A stretch of DNA of 64,000 bases from Parachlamydiales bacterium (GCA_963765145.1 CAVXVG010000026.1:192001-256000), one strand, 5' to 3'. Counted from the stretch's first letter, positions 28,101 to 37,121 are shown. Program-made: numbers and translations. The notes: generated by a model not told the origin, from the letters alone.

Positions 28101-29655
28101 ATAACTGTTGCTTTTTGAGCTCTTCCTCTAAAAATTGGAGGAATAAAACGGCAGCAGTATCATCTTTTCCATCCGACGCATTGCCTGTGAGATAATCCTT
28201 AATCCATCTGTCGGGGCTTGCAAAAGGATCGGGTAGTACACTGTAAAGATCATATCCTTCCTCTACCCGGATTTCTTTAATCCATGGATAAAGGACGATT
28301 TGTTGATCCCCATCATGTACTAACACCCCAGGAAAGGCGAGCTGGATCTCTTGTCCATCTGGTAAGTCGGTAAGCAATAATTTCCTAACTAAATGGCTTG
28401 GAAGAGATACACAGAAAGTTGGAGGAATCAAAACAGCGTTATAACCGGCAATCTCTAAAAGATGGAGGAGAAAAGCACATTGATCAGAGGGGGAACCTTG
28501 TCCTTCCAGAAAAGTCATTAAGGGGCTTCGCTTGTAAAGAGGTTCTATAAATATTCCTCCATTATTTTTTAGCCCGATGAGATCGAGTTCGATCTCGTTT
28601 TGAACATACTGGGCTAATGAGATGGGGTCTTTTCCCATATCTTGAACAAACTGAACAAGGACAGGATGTTTTTTATCATTGGAGCAAGGAACGGTGGGAG
28701 CAGATAGTGCAATCGATTGTTTGGATAGGGGCTCTAAGAAGCTCGACAAAGCAGGTTTTTTTAACATCCCTAATTGCCAAGGCGGCGGCTCTAAAAAATG
28801 AAGAGCGTACAAAAGCTTTTCGCCTGAAAAAACCTGGAAGCTATAGTTAGGATAGACGGCTTTCTGTGCAATTAAATATTGATTTTCAGAAATATATCCA
28901 ATGCGTAGATCAAGGCCATATTCCTTTGAAAGGAACGTTTTGGGGATGTAAAGGAGTCCATCTTCTTTCAAATGCAAATCCCATCCTTGGCCTGAAGGGG
29001 AAGGTAGAGAGATATTCTCTTCGTAGAGCAGCTTTTCCTGTTCGTAAACTTTGACAGTCAGCTCCGGAGAGTCACTTTGAACTGTGGTTTGGTAAAACTG
29101 TTGGGTATAGAAGGTGTGATCAGATTTTGAGGTGAAATAAAACAGATCCCTTCGCTTTTTCTCCCTTTGCAAAGTGGCGTCCAAACTCAAGGGAATATGG
29201 GCAGGCTCTTTTCTGCTCGGAATTTTTTTCAATTGCAGCTTTGGTAAAAGCTCTCTTGCTTCTTTTTGGGCGTTAGAAAGATGGAAAATATTGTTGTTTA
29301 GAAGCACTGCAAGTTGTTCACATCTTTTGAGAGTTATCTCAGCATCTATTCGGATGTCTTCGATCTTTGCTTTAAGATTCTTTTTCGCTTCACTTTGGCT
29401 AAGGATCCGTAAGATTTGTTCTAGGTTTTGCTTGGATAGAATGACTTCAGCTAAAGCGCGATGATATTTGTCGAGACGTTCGTCAACCAGTTGGAAATCA
29501 CACCGATCTGCCTCTTTTATCAACTGATCGTGATTTTTGATCCTTGTAGCAGCAGCTTCTCTATGCTCTCTACAATGTTTTTCGTAGCTGTTTTCGGAGA
29601 AGAGGAGGGTGGGAACTATAAGGCAGAGGGATAGGAGGGAGTAGAAAGTCTTCAT
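22114..29655 (-). CDS. Rhs/YD-repeat polymorphic toxin (Rhs2), 2513 aa, with alpha/beta-hydrolase-like C-terminal domain
   Basis: Signal peptide, transglutaminase-like segment, DUF6531-like DPVDVVTG...FGFGW, YD repeats, core ARYYDP..GRFLSPDP...YSYANGDPINFRDPSG, tip containing CHSGG. Confidence 0.95.
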   Translation of the reverse strand: MKTFYSLLSLCLIVPTLLFSENSYEKHCREHREAAATRIKNHDQLIKEADRCDFQLVDERLDKYHRALAEVILSKQNLEQILRILSQSEAKKNLKAKIEDIRIDAEITLKRCEQLAVLLNNNIFHLSNAQKEARELLPKLQLKKIPSRKEPAHIPLSLDATLQREKKRRDLFYFTSKSDHTFYTQQFYQTTVQSDSPELTVKVYEQEKLLYEENISLPSPSGQGWDLHLKEDGLLYIPKTFLSKEYGLDLRIGYISENQYLIAQKAVYPNYSFQVFSGEKLLYALHFLEPPPWQLGMLKKPALSSFLEPLSKQSIALSAPTVPCSNDKKHPVLVQFVQDMGKDPISLAQYVQNEIELDLIGLKNNGGIFIEPLYKRSPLMTFLEGQGSPSDQCAFLLHLLEIAGYNAVLIPPTFCVSLPSHLVRKLLLTDLPDGQEIQLAFPGVLVHDGDQQIVLYPWIKEIRVEEGYDLYSVLPDPFASPDRWIKDYLTGNASDGKDDTAAVLFLQFLEEELKKQQLSIKDVGIHRTICKKQFNSWEDFPRPSKQAENQEGFPLNQPSLMQITVGSCENPYKRRSISLPLPNLNEGIMELSFSPSEFRLQMEDVQGKSLVLPLDAYDSTLSLTVCFNDKPLKAFSFTRGTRTALCFHTGRVTTKHLELFQKAYETEKDETKRLHHLLSFMGMAYFEKCSRAEQILAALHKIPPITCFAVGLAKLSPDLSTGELVFPQVDMQFYTTYLDEPTPLKTVLGGQLQNHLAINNSSNEHQILRDLFQDSHPVSTVKLLENAHREDRGILALTKESFSQLDKIPFLQLRALSKGQWAILKEVFEDPKSSPLSYAYMTPELISNGRNPPSYRGIGTLIFNPRFSAALISDHDHFIHGGYGSPLPPNFLVDTKLSPYKNGFTLFKISNDLLSLPKLTPTNQQVTEQIQKTWLTADVRPGHKLGTNLVSDPVDVVTGAFYVDEVDLTLPGPFPLQIRRNYSNQSPLPGLFGFGWKLGLNPYLHEEDDKLFAAEMDGTVIVYRLNGDCYEVFAEDNPELRNFGGTANPFHAYIKDNILYGADGSSRIFKDRLLRQWIDPVGNILSFDYDGEQLVKIENSIDSFVRFHYNPEGKISEAFTKDGRWVKYHYTYQGDLDQVTLPNGAIIAYAYDGHHQITQESRPCGRVLENKYNTKGQVIEQCSPVGLQQQIVPSATFKFEDGMTTVIDGEGGTTQYLIYDKQIYKITDPVGQTTYQSWFIDERSYFDAIGGKVLLWEGNGAYSNSLKTTQDKRGLITEYRYDACGNPNSFIFLDIEKRLKYNEHHLCVKESTLNRTTRTFYHEYLPVKIEKWVDDQLTSTTHFTYDEKGHLIQQNVDGAVSRWTYESGLPIQMIQETGTEDPDVVTTFKYNRQGQCIEKVSSDGIERHEYDIMGNNLVTSLYNRFGQLLSTTYFGYNQNNQMIWKQGPNPENTLFIDYNAAGQVMASRQALTEGYAYTLYEYDTRGELIEEVNPLGVSICRKLDEIGRPISVTKAGLTTQYIYEPGGFVASTLSPMGAKITRNYTTNGLLEKEVYPDGTESTFVYDPFGRPTQEVRNGTITNIFYDDLHQKIVRTTANITETQTFDTRGLLIASTDGEGSTWKKTYDGLGRVKTEISPDGQQTTWNYNGDTIICHLPSGEKTVQQFECGQLIKSETFNLNGDLIASTKIIYDHERNLKQEISGHQTISTWFNTLGQPLKVEDRLTTILYRYDPSGQCIATTDGEGRTTHFQFDPHGRLTKKTLPDHTSIGYTYDDDSHLVSYDLPENLSWKASYDQMGRKTSEQLQSGFEVSQQWQYIYENGLLQRAIDPMGRAHIYSYDALSRLERETINDFTRSFAYDNRGLITSAENNDSKVLRSYDTCGRLISESTYLDSTLIQQTNQSWSPTNRILIVNGHQREFSYESGRLKTVSSQGQTLRYDYDLSGNLVKKATPFATVDIHYNASLPESIITHLQDHTHTESLKWSPSGKLSSHNTKNFSYTPQGFLSQAGEEHFSFNPLGIRNSANHTSIPHDGIDAFGKIIAELIDSKPVKTTYNALGQTTSQNDTSFEWDPWGNLIKVTTPNSTWKASYDSFGRRLKTTHTAGWWPFPIHTLSYYDPQHEFQEIGLQSGSNTFWKIYGPNSCEFILDDKGNSVGLLNDAVGNLIAVLTSKNTSWTKELPSAYGPLTAPPTTSSLLTYAHSLTWQGKQQDPTGLIHFGARYYDPTRGRFLSPDPIAYPIPLNLYSYANGDPINFRDPSGRFASTIYETTQRFVADSFLPLPVSHVYNHMIQSCNALSAYCANNGFTRSSQFQVGSFDLPNGSIDFINGINNTETESLATVTQLSKYAQGAKVHGTYNRSNTVPVDILECMVQHMGFHTPPVQLIKNRWNHLIAKHGPDAKFLQFCHSGGADQIKNALLSSPESVRKQIIVVALAPSVIIPNELCFQSYNYVSRNDFVTYLDIMGQLNHGDELMVLDPHPSADWWDHGISSPTFEVPLRRRINEYIKDYGGKK

Positions 29656-29785
29656 TCGTTAATCTCCAAACATCAAAAGACTGGAAGGTTGTATCAGACT
29701 TTCTGTTTCAAAGCTATCTATATAAATTGACTTTTCTTCAGTTATAAATTAATATCGCAGGCCCAACATAACATAAGGAAATATT

Positions 29786-31714
29786 ATGTCCCGAATCGAT
29801 GTTGGTACAGACAGATACAGTGTTAATTTTGATACATTTGAAATAAATTCGGAAAAATCTAAGAACCACCTCAAGCTAGAAAATAGAGTAGCCCAAGCTG
29901 CTAAAGGTTCAATTAGCGCCTACAGCAGAGGAGAACTCTCGCTAAGCGGAGCTACTTTTTCTAATGTTAATTATGGCTCAAGGTTCTTCGTCGATTCACC
30001 CTCGACCTTCCCTGGTGGCACCTTGGTCCTTATGGATGCTCCCTTTTCTATGAATTCCACAACTAATCTAATTACCCCCCTAGAGTTAGTTGAAAGGTAC
30101 AAAAAAAACTCGATAGGTCAGGATCCTATCACATGTGCCTTGAGATTCGCAGATTACGATGCTGTTCTTGCCATCGCTGACTATAATTATGAAGAGTCAA
30201 AAGGGAGCTCTCAATATAGCGAAGTATTGAATGCAGTACTGAGAAGAATCATACTAGGTGACGCCCCCATAGTTTTCCTTGATCTCAAGGAAAAAGAGCA
30301 ATTTATCATCTTGAAATTATTTGATCGTTTGATTAATTCCGGCAAAGTTTCTCCTAAAACCGATGCATCCTCTCATATCGATACAACCGGATGCTTACTA
30401 CTGAAGTTTCAATTCTTTGATTTACTCGAAAGGCTTCTTGCTGCTGGCTATGACATAGACCAAAGCTACGGACAATTACTCAAGGAGGCAATACGAAATA
30501 ATGATGAAAAAGGAGTCAAGTTCCTTTTCGAACATGGAGCTAAACTAGAAAATGGATTTGGGCATGATGAACTGCACGATGCGTTGCAAAAAGGCAATGT
30601 TACCATCGCTAAATTACTTCTCGAAAACGGTGCAGATGTTCATAAACAGTATGAAGAGCATTCTTTACAGTATTCTCTAGTAGATATAGCTGATAGATGT
30701 GTTGCAAAACCTTTTAGAAGTCAGGCTATCAAACTTCTAGAATCCTATGGTGCTGTTTCAAATGAAACAGAACGAGTCAATCTATTGCTTAGCCGCTTTG
30801 AGAAAACCAGCGAGCAATTCTCCCCTGTTAAATACTGTCTCTCAAACCAAAAATATAGGTCTGCAAGGGATTTACTCTGCTTAATCAAAGAGAGGCAAGA
30901 GCTGTTTGAGATTCTAGGCTTCTTTTTCGAAAATGATCCTGACATTCTCGAAAGGACATTTACTGGCATAAGCCCTTTTTGTGAAGATGAAGGTGCTTTC
31001 CTTGATAAATTGCTTGATATAGCATTTGAATTAGATGTTACTCCGGCTGATTTCAATCCTTATTTCCAAACATTTTGTAAGATTGGAGATGGCCCAATCG
31101 TACCAATTATCAAACGACTTTTGGACTTCGGCGTCGATCCTAACCAATCAGGTGGAATAGGAATTGCTACAGCTGCGTGGTTTAACCAACAGGATTTAGT
31201 AGATTTGTTCATTGAGTATGGAGCCAAGCTAGACCTTCAACATAACCCCCTCTATGCAGCAATGATGAACGGAAACATCTATATAGCTGAGCAACTCCTC
31301 AAGAAGAGCGCAGACATTGATAAGGACGATCTGCTGCTTACGACAATCTTGTTAGGCAAATTCGAATACAGTCCATTTCAAGTCACAACTCTGTCTGAGC
31401 TGGCCGTCATCTACCAAAATCGGGATTTAATAAGAGACTTGAAGAAGGGAGTATATTCTCATAACCAAGAAAGCCACCTTAATAGGATTGCCTTCTTGCT
31501 AGAGAATGGGGCTGATCCGAATAAGCCACCAAAAGACGAGCCTTTCAGCATCCTTTATTCAGCTCTTTCCTTGCCTGATCACGATAACCATGTTTGTGAA
31601 TACAAAAAATCTGTTCTCGATTTACTCGTCCAATATGGTGCAAAGCTCACCTCCAAGGATGGTGTTGTTAAATTCCTGGCAGAAAAATACAGAATAGATT
31701 TAGAGAGGGTTTAA
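29786..31714 (+). CDS. Ankyrin-repeat protein, candidate secreted effector
   Basis: LHDALQKGNVTIAKLLLENGADV, PLYAAMMNGNIYIAEQLL, FLLENGADPN; RBS-like AAGGA upstream. Confidence 0.88.
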   Translation: MSRIDVGTDRYSVNFDTFEINSEKSKNHLKLENRVAQAAKGSISAYSRGELSLSGATFSNVNYGSRFFVDSPSTFPGGTLVLMDAPFSMNSTTNLITPLELVERYKKNSIGQDPITCALRFADYDAVLAIADYNYEESKGSSQYSEVLNAVLRRIILGDAPIVFLDLKEKEQFIILKLFDRLINSGKVSPKTDASSHIDTTGCLLLKFQFFDLLERLLAAGYDIDQSYGQLLKEAIRNNDEKGVKFLFEHGAKLENGFGHDELHDALQKGNVTIAKLLLENGADVHKQYEEHSLQYSLVDIADRCVAKPFRSQAIKLLESYGAVSNETERVNLLLSRFEKTSEQFSPVKYCLSNQKYRSARDLLCLIKERQELFEILGFFFENDPDILERTFTGISPFCEDEGAFLDKLLDIAFELDVTPADFNPYFQTFCKIGDGPIVPIIKRLLDFGVDPNQSGGIGIATAAWFNQQDLVDLFIEYGAKLDLQHNPLYAAMMNGNIYIAEQLLKKSADIDKDDLLLTTILLGKFEYSPFQVTTLSELAVIYQNRDLIRDLKKGVYSHNQESHLNRIAFLLENGADPNKPPKDEPFSILYSALSLPDHDNHVCEYKKSVLDLLVQYGAKLTSKDGVVKFLAEKYRIDLERV

Positions 31715-31757
31715 AAAACCACCTAAAGGACTTTGTCCTGTCTCTTTTCAAAATATA

Positions 31758-31793
31758 ATAGCGTCCTGAGAAAACTTTCCACGACGCTATTTT
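31758..31793. terminator. Probable bidirectional terminator
   Basis: atagcgtc...gacgctat stem followed by a T-run, between convergent genes. Confidence 0.55.
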
Positions 31794-31874
31794 TAGGATT
31801 CACCTTAAATGCTTTCATATTTCGGTCCTGCGGACCTATTAGAAGGCAAAATTTCGTATTTCAAGCGCTTCGGG

Positions 31875-34682
31875 TTAGAAGGTAGCTTGGAGGCCGGCGC
31901 TTATGAAGAAGTTGGAGGCATTTCTCCATACTTCACCGCCGTATTCAGCCCACAGCCTTACGTTTTCGTTGACCTGACTTGATAGGGTGACGGCTGCCTC
32001 TCCGCTATTTCTGTTTAACCTGACTCCTTCAAGGGCAAAGGGGGTGCCAAAGCCAACAAAAGATTGGTTATACAAAAATTGATCGGAAGTCAGTCGATAG
32101 TTCCAAGCTCCATCAAAGCTCAGCGAAAAAGAGCAGATTTCGGCTGTGGTGAGGTGGAGGCCAAGTCTGCCTGTTGCAGAGCCACGGTTACGTTTGAATA
32201 GGTTGAGGTCTAGGTCTGCAGCGCCCGATTCTGTAAAAGAAGGTCTGAAAAAGCCGCTTGCTTCAATGCCGATAAAGGGTTGGATAAGAGCCCAAGTGGC
32301 CGGAATGTCAAAGCCCCCTTCGCCATAAAAAGTGATGTCGTAGATGTTAGGGTTGCTTTTGGTCGCAAAATCAAGATCGCCTATGGTGATAAACCGTTGG
32401 ACTCGGTTGTTGGTGTATCCAAAAGCAAGATCGACCAAGAGATAAAATTCTTCAGGACGGTAAAGACCATACAAACCGACAAAACCGCTATCTAGTTTGC
32501 CTCGGCTGTCGATGTTGTAGTGGACAAAGTCATGCTCATAAGACCCGGCTATGCCGATTGTTAATGCATCACAGAATGTTTTTTGTCCGCCGAGGGTAAT
32601 TTCCCACCCGTTCAAATTAAATCCAAAACTGTTTCCATCGTTTTGAGTAAAACTTCGGTTCCATCCTCCTTCTATCCACAGCTCAAAATCAGGAGTGCAG
32701 GGGAGGCATTCTGGTGAAGTGGTCACCAAATAACGGATCGGATCATATAGACGACGGATAAATTGACGGTTCAGGGTGCCGACGATAAAAGGGTCGTTGG
32801 TGTAAGGATCGCCACTTAATTGATCAAGTGCATCGGTTAAAAAAGCAGGAGAAAGCCCAACTAAGGCGTTGAGAAGGCTGTTGAGTTCAGGGTCTGGATC
32901 GCTGTTAGCTGTTAACGAATCAAGCTGGGTCGCAACTTGTCTTTCGTTGTAAGAAACCGCTCCATTGATAAGGGCTGTTTTAACCGTCAAGAAAACAGCA
33001 TTAGGATCTGAATAATCGAGAAAGGGGATGAAGTAAGGAGAGGTTTCTGCGCTTGTTACATTGCTAAACTGTCCGAACACCCCACCAGATGCCGTTAAAA
33101 TAGTGTATTTTGCCCCAAAGTCGATTCCGTCAATTGGATAGACCACAACGGTTCCTCCATTGAGAACAGCAGTTCCCGGTGTCCCGGAAACGGCGATCAA
33201 ATCGCTTTGTCCGGCGTCATTGATTTCAACGTTGTAGATGGTGTTGAAGTTTTGGGTGTAAGAGTTAAACGACAATGTGCCGATGCTATTTCCGGGAGAG
33301 ATGGTACTTCCCGACATGAGGGTGACTCTTGAAGCGCTTCCGGTTCCGGAAAGTGTTCCGGATTCAATGGTGGTCGTGCCTCCAAGAGAGCCGTTTAAAG
33401 TCAGTTGAGCCCCTTCCGTGACAGCTGTTGTCCCTGCAAAGGCAGAGCTATCTCCATCCAGCAATAAGGCCCCGCCTTGAAGGTTGAAAGCTCCATTTCC
33501 GGAAAGGGCACCGGAAAAGTAGGTAGAGTTATTTCCTATTACAGTTAAAGCGCCTGTCCCGTGAAGACCTGTCTCAACAACGCCTGAGCCCGATAGAGAA
33601 AAGATTTCATTCGTAAAATCGTTGGTCCCGTTATTCATCGATAGAGTGCCATCAATGAAGTGGTCGGAATGAGCCGATAAGGTGTTATTATTCCCTGCAA
33701 TTAATGAGGAATCAACATCAACGCTTGTTAGGCCTGTGTAGGTGTTGCTGTTGGAGGTTGAAAAAGTGACCGACCCGGGACCTGTAATGAAAAGATTTCC
33801 GTTGTTTGAAAGATCTGTTACGCCACCCGATAAGGTCACAGCTTCGTTTGCATAGATCTCAGCCGTAAATCCGGGAGCAATTTGGATCGAGTTGGCTAGG
33901 GAAAGAGGAGAGACATTCAAGATCTGCAATTGACTTGTGGTGCTAGGAAATGTATCAGAATCAAAAAGAATTTGACCTGTCCCTATGTTATTTGCAGTGA
34001 CGATCGATACGGTCCCTTGACTTAAGATGGTACCCCAATCGAAGTTGGTTAAATTGTTTCCAGATAGGGCAAAAGTTCCGGTTCCGATTTTGTTCAAAGT
34101 GCCCGAGGCTGTTCCGGAAATGGTGCCGGCGTAGGTTAAGTTGGCATTAGCAGAACCAACTGTCAAATCGGCAGAACCCAGTGCTACGTTGCACAATCCA
34201 TCTGTATTGCTGATGTTAAGCATTTGAAAACCACTGACATTTAATGCAGTTCCAACTCCTGAGAGGTTCAACAAGACATTTGGACTGTTAGTAGAGTTGC
34301 CTGCACTTCCAATAAAAGCGACTGTTTGGCCGAGATTGAAGGTCTGAGTCGTTCCACTCAAGTTGACAATGCCCCCATTATCGCAAGGGATTGAAAAGGT
34401 AGAGCCTGTGATTTGTAATGTATAAGAATAAGGGTTTACTTCGAGAGGAAAGGTGATGTTGCTTAAAGAAAGAAGGCCGCTTACAAGGGTTGGTTGATGA
34501 GACACTCCTGTGGTATCAAACTGTGCAATAGCATTTGGTTGATTGGGCACAGCTCCGCCTGACCAGTTCAAAGGTTCGGAAAGATCGGTTGGATCACCAA
34601 CGTTTCCACCTTGCCAAACGATGGGTAAAGCAGAAAGGGGAGAGGTGAGGCAGACAAAGGCAAGAATAGAGTGTTTAAGCAC
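31875..34682 (-). CDS. Autotransporter (type Va) with beta-helical passenger
   Basis: Signal peptide, G/S/T/N-rich passenger with LNKIGTGTFALSG and ISPGNSIGTL repeats, C-terminal beta-barrel ending LQATF. Confidence 0.93.
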   Translation of the reverse strand: MLKHSILAFVCLTSPLSALPIVWQGGNVGDPTDLSEPLNWSGGAVPNQPNAIAQFDTTGVSHQPTLVSGLLSLSNITFPLEVNPYSYTLQITGSTFSIPCDNGGIVNLSGTTQTFNLGQTVAFIGSAGNSTNSPNVLLNLSGVGTALNVSGFQMLNISNTDGLCNVALGSADLTVGSANANLTYAGTISGTASGTLNKIGTGTFALSGNNLTNFDWGTILSQGTVSIVTANNIGTGQILFDSDTFPSTTSQLQILNVSPLSLANSIQIAPGFTAEIYANEAVTLSGGVTDLSNNGNLFITGPGSVTFSTSNSNTYTGLTSVDVDSSLIAGNNNTLSAHSDHFIDGTLSMNNGTNDFTNEIFSLSGSGVVETGLHGTGALTVIGNNSTYFSGALSGNGAFNLQGGALLLDGDSSAFAGTTAVTEGAQLTLNGSLGGTTTIESGTLSGTGSASRVTLMSGSTISPGNSIGTLSFNSYTQNFNTIYNVEINDAGQSDLIAVSGTPGTAVLNGGTVVVYPIDGIDFGAKYTILTASGGVFGQFSNVTSAETSPYFIPFLDYSDPNAVFLTVKTALINGAVSYNERQVATQLDSLTANSDPDPELNSLLNALVGLSPAFLTDALDQLSGDPYTNDPFIVGTLNRQFIRRLYDPIRYLVTTSPECLPCTPDFELWIEGGWNRSFTQNDGNSFGFNLNGWEITLGGQKTFCDALTIGIAGSYEHDFVHYNIDSRGKLDSGFVGLYGLYRPEEFYLLVDLAFGYTNNRVQRFITIGDLDFATKSNPNIYDITFYGEGGFDIPATWALIQPFIGIEASGFFRPSFTESGAADLDLNLFKRNRGSATGRLGLHLTTAEICSFSLSFDGAWNYRLTSDQFLYNQSFVGFGTPFALEGVRLNRNSGEAAVTLSSQVNENVRLWAEYGGEVWRNASNFFISAGLQATF

Positions 34683-34810
34683 AAGCGGCTCCTTAAAAAT
34701 TCCATTCGTACACTAAGCCTACATTTCAGGGCAATCTGAAAATCTTTTATATGTTAAAGGGCGTTCTTGCATATTAACCACTTGAGGCAGTGAACTTTTT
34801 AATTCGCAAC

Positions 34811-34892
34811 GCGTTTGGAGCGCTAAACTCTTATTTAGCTTTTACTTTCACTGATAAGTCAAAGCTAAACAAGAGTTTAGCGCTCCAAACGC
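34811..34892. repeat. Long inverted repeat (32-bp arms)
   Basis: gcgtttggagcgctaaactcttatttagcttt / aaagctaaacaagagtttagcgctccaaacgc, one mismatch. Confidence 0.85.
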
Positions 34893-34931
34893 TTCGCGTT
34901 ATGCAACATAACCGTGCCAAAGTCCTCTTTG

Positions 34932-37121
34932 CTAGCGGGTTTCTGGCAATTGCGAAAGCTGCTCTTGAATGAGTTGGTTTTGCATGAATTTCATTTTAGT
35001 GAGCTCTAGCCCTGGAAATGCAAAAGGGCCGTTTAAAAGATTTGTAAGGTAGGGTGTTACGTCTAGCGGAGCAGGCTGAGTTCCCTGATAGACAAGTTTT
35101 AGGGCGATTGTCATTAATGCGGCATGGGCCTGATCTCGAGAGGTAGTGGTGATACTCTTGTCGCCAAAATAACTGTTCCACTCTTGTTCTAGTTTCATAT
35201 ATTCCAAGAAGAGTTCTTTGCTGTGTGGTTGAGAGTTTAACTTCTCGTAACGAGAAGAAAGATCTGCAAAAGCCTTTTTATTGTCGAAAGTTCCCTTTCT
35301 AGTGATAGGTGAAAATGTTGTTTTCCCAATTAAGCCAAGGTCGGTAAGAGCCGCTTTTTGTTTTGTAATCTTGCCTCTTAAGTCAGAGATCTCTTTTTGG
35401 GGGAATTGTACGCTACTTTTAGTGGCAAGCTCTCGATCAAACTTTTCAAGCTCTGCATAGGTTGTTATAGATTTGAGCCGCTCTCCTAGTTCAGGCGCTT
35501 TAGCGAACGATTGTTTGACCGCGTCCATTTTAGCTAGAAACTGATCTAATTTCTTTTGATCAGGCAATTTTTCTTTGATCTCAACGATTTGGGCTCGTGC
35601 CTCATCGAAATCGGCTGGCAGGCTGGTTAGATTTCGATAATATGGACTGATAATTCTATCAGCCATTTTTTCCAAAGCTTTCATATGCACTTCTTCTTGA
35701 AGTAGAGAAGGTGCAGTTACTAGTTGAATTGCTTCTTCAGCTTTGGGTTCTACGAGAGCGTCGGCAAATTTATCGATAATGAATTTTTTGAAGGTAGGAT
35801 TTTCTTCCATTAGCTGTACCAACAGCGGATGGTTGTTGATGGCATCCCCCTTCTCGACCGTCGCGTAGGCTTTCGACAGTGAAGCGACAAGTTGTTGCTT
35901 AATTTCGTCCTGACGAATGCCCTTAGCGCCTTCAAATAGCGGAAGAACTAGAATGACTTTTTCCTCATCAGATGGGGTTTTTATCTCTGTTGCATTGATT
36001 TGGCGCTGTATTTCAGAGAGTTCTTTGACGACTTTCTCTTTTATTTTTGGAAAACGTTCAAAAATGAGCTTTTGCTGCTCGAGGGGTAATTCTCGAAGTG
36101 TTTTCCAAGCATAGGTGGGAAGAGGTTGTTGTGCGTCGAGTTTTCCAATTTCTATGAGTTGAGTTGCCACTTTAGAGTCAACCTTCTTTGTAACTAAATG
36201 GTCGAAATGGAGCGCATCTTGCCATGAAGATTTCTGTTCTAAGGCTGCTTTTAACTGCGGGCATTTTCCATCGGTGTGGATAATGCGAATGACATGGTCA
36301 AGTTTATCAGGCTCATCAAGGAGCTGTTTTAACCAAAAGTCTACAGCCTCATCTTGCTTACTATAAACGACAATAGCAAGATTGTCGACGATCTGATCAT
36401 ACGTTTGTTCATGTACTGACTGATTGTTTAATGTCAGGATACCCTTTGCTTCATCCAGAAAGATTTCATCTCGAGCTTCTTCATAGGTAGGAGTCTCAAA
36501 AAGGTTTGCCGCTTGTTCTGTTTTTGGCGTTAGAAGTTTTTCCACAAGAAGAAACTTTGGCGTGTTGCTATAGGGATTTTTTTCTTCCGAAAACTTGATG
36601 TGCGCTTCGATTTGACTGATCATTAAATTCGTAAAATCAAGCATGACGCCCGAAAGTTTTTTATCTTCCTTAAACTGCTGAAGCTCTTTTAAATTAGATT
36701 GTAGTGTATCGGTGCCGGGCTTATCTTTTTTAAGTTCTTCTTCTGTAGATTCAATGCAAGCGATGACGGCTTTATTTTTGGGAAGAATATGCATTGCCAT
36801 GAAGAGAAACTGGGTGATCCAGTTGCCCTTCCAGATTTTCTCCTTATGATCTATCAGTGTATTTTTGAAAGTTTTACATGCAGAAATCTCTTTGGTCACT
36901 TTTTGTGAGAGAGAAAGAAGCCGTTGTTTGTCAGCCAGCCCTGGCGTTTTATCTAATTTACCTAAGATACTCTCATTAATTTCCGTAGCCGTTTTCAAAA
37001 CTGCCTCGATTTTTTCGGGGTCGCGGCTCTTTCCTACCCGTTTAAGGTCGATGACTGCTTGTTCAGCCTGTGCTGATTCAGTAAGAGGTTCATTTTGACG
37101 AAGAGGTTGTGTGGCAGTCAT
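34932..37121 (-). CDS. Hypothetical alpha-helical protein, 729 aa (possible effector)
   Basis: Long K/E/L/Q-rich ORF with RBS-like AGGAG upstream; no recognisable domain. Confidence 0.8.
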   Translation of the reverse strand: MTATQPLRQNEPLTESAQAEQAVIDLKRVGKSRDPEKIEAVLKTATEINESILGKLDKTPGLADKQRLLSLSQKVTKEISACKTFKNTLIDHKEKIWKGNWITQFLFMAMHILPKNKAVIACIESTEEELKKDKPGTDTLQSNLKELQQFKEDKKLSGVMLDFTNLMISQIEAHIKFSEEKNPYSNTPKFLLVEKLLTPKTEQAANLFETPTYEEARDEIFLDEAKGILTLNNQSVHEQTYDQIVDNLAIVVYSKQDEAVDFWLKQLLDEPDKLDHVIRIIHTDGKCPQLKAALEQKSSWQDALHFDHLVTKKVDSKVATQLIEIGKLDAQQPLPTYAWKTLRELPLEQQKLIFERFPKIKEKVVKELSEIQRQINATEIKTPSDEEKVILVLPLFEGAKGIRQDEIKQQLVASLSKAYATVEKGDAINNHPLLVQLMEENPTFKKFIIDKFADALVEPKAEEAIQLVTAPSLLQEEVHMKALEKMADRIISPYYRNLTSLPADFDEARAQIVEIKEKLPDQKKLDQFLAKMDAVKQSFAKAPELGERLKSITTYAELEKFDRELATKSSVQFPQKEISDLRGKITKQKAALTDLGLIGKTTFSPITRKGTFDNKKAFADLSSRYEKLNSQPHSKELFLEYMKLEQEWNSYFGDKSITTTSRDQAHAALMTIALKLVYQGTQPAPLDVTPYLTNLLNGPFAFPGLELTKMKFMQNQLIQEQLSQLPETR

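Noticed and set aside
14471..31874. Prophage or integrative element with its own mobility genes
   Set aside because: No integrase, transposase or phage structural gene was recognised; only repeat scars are visible.
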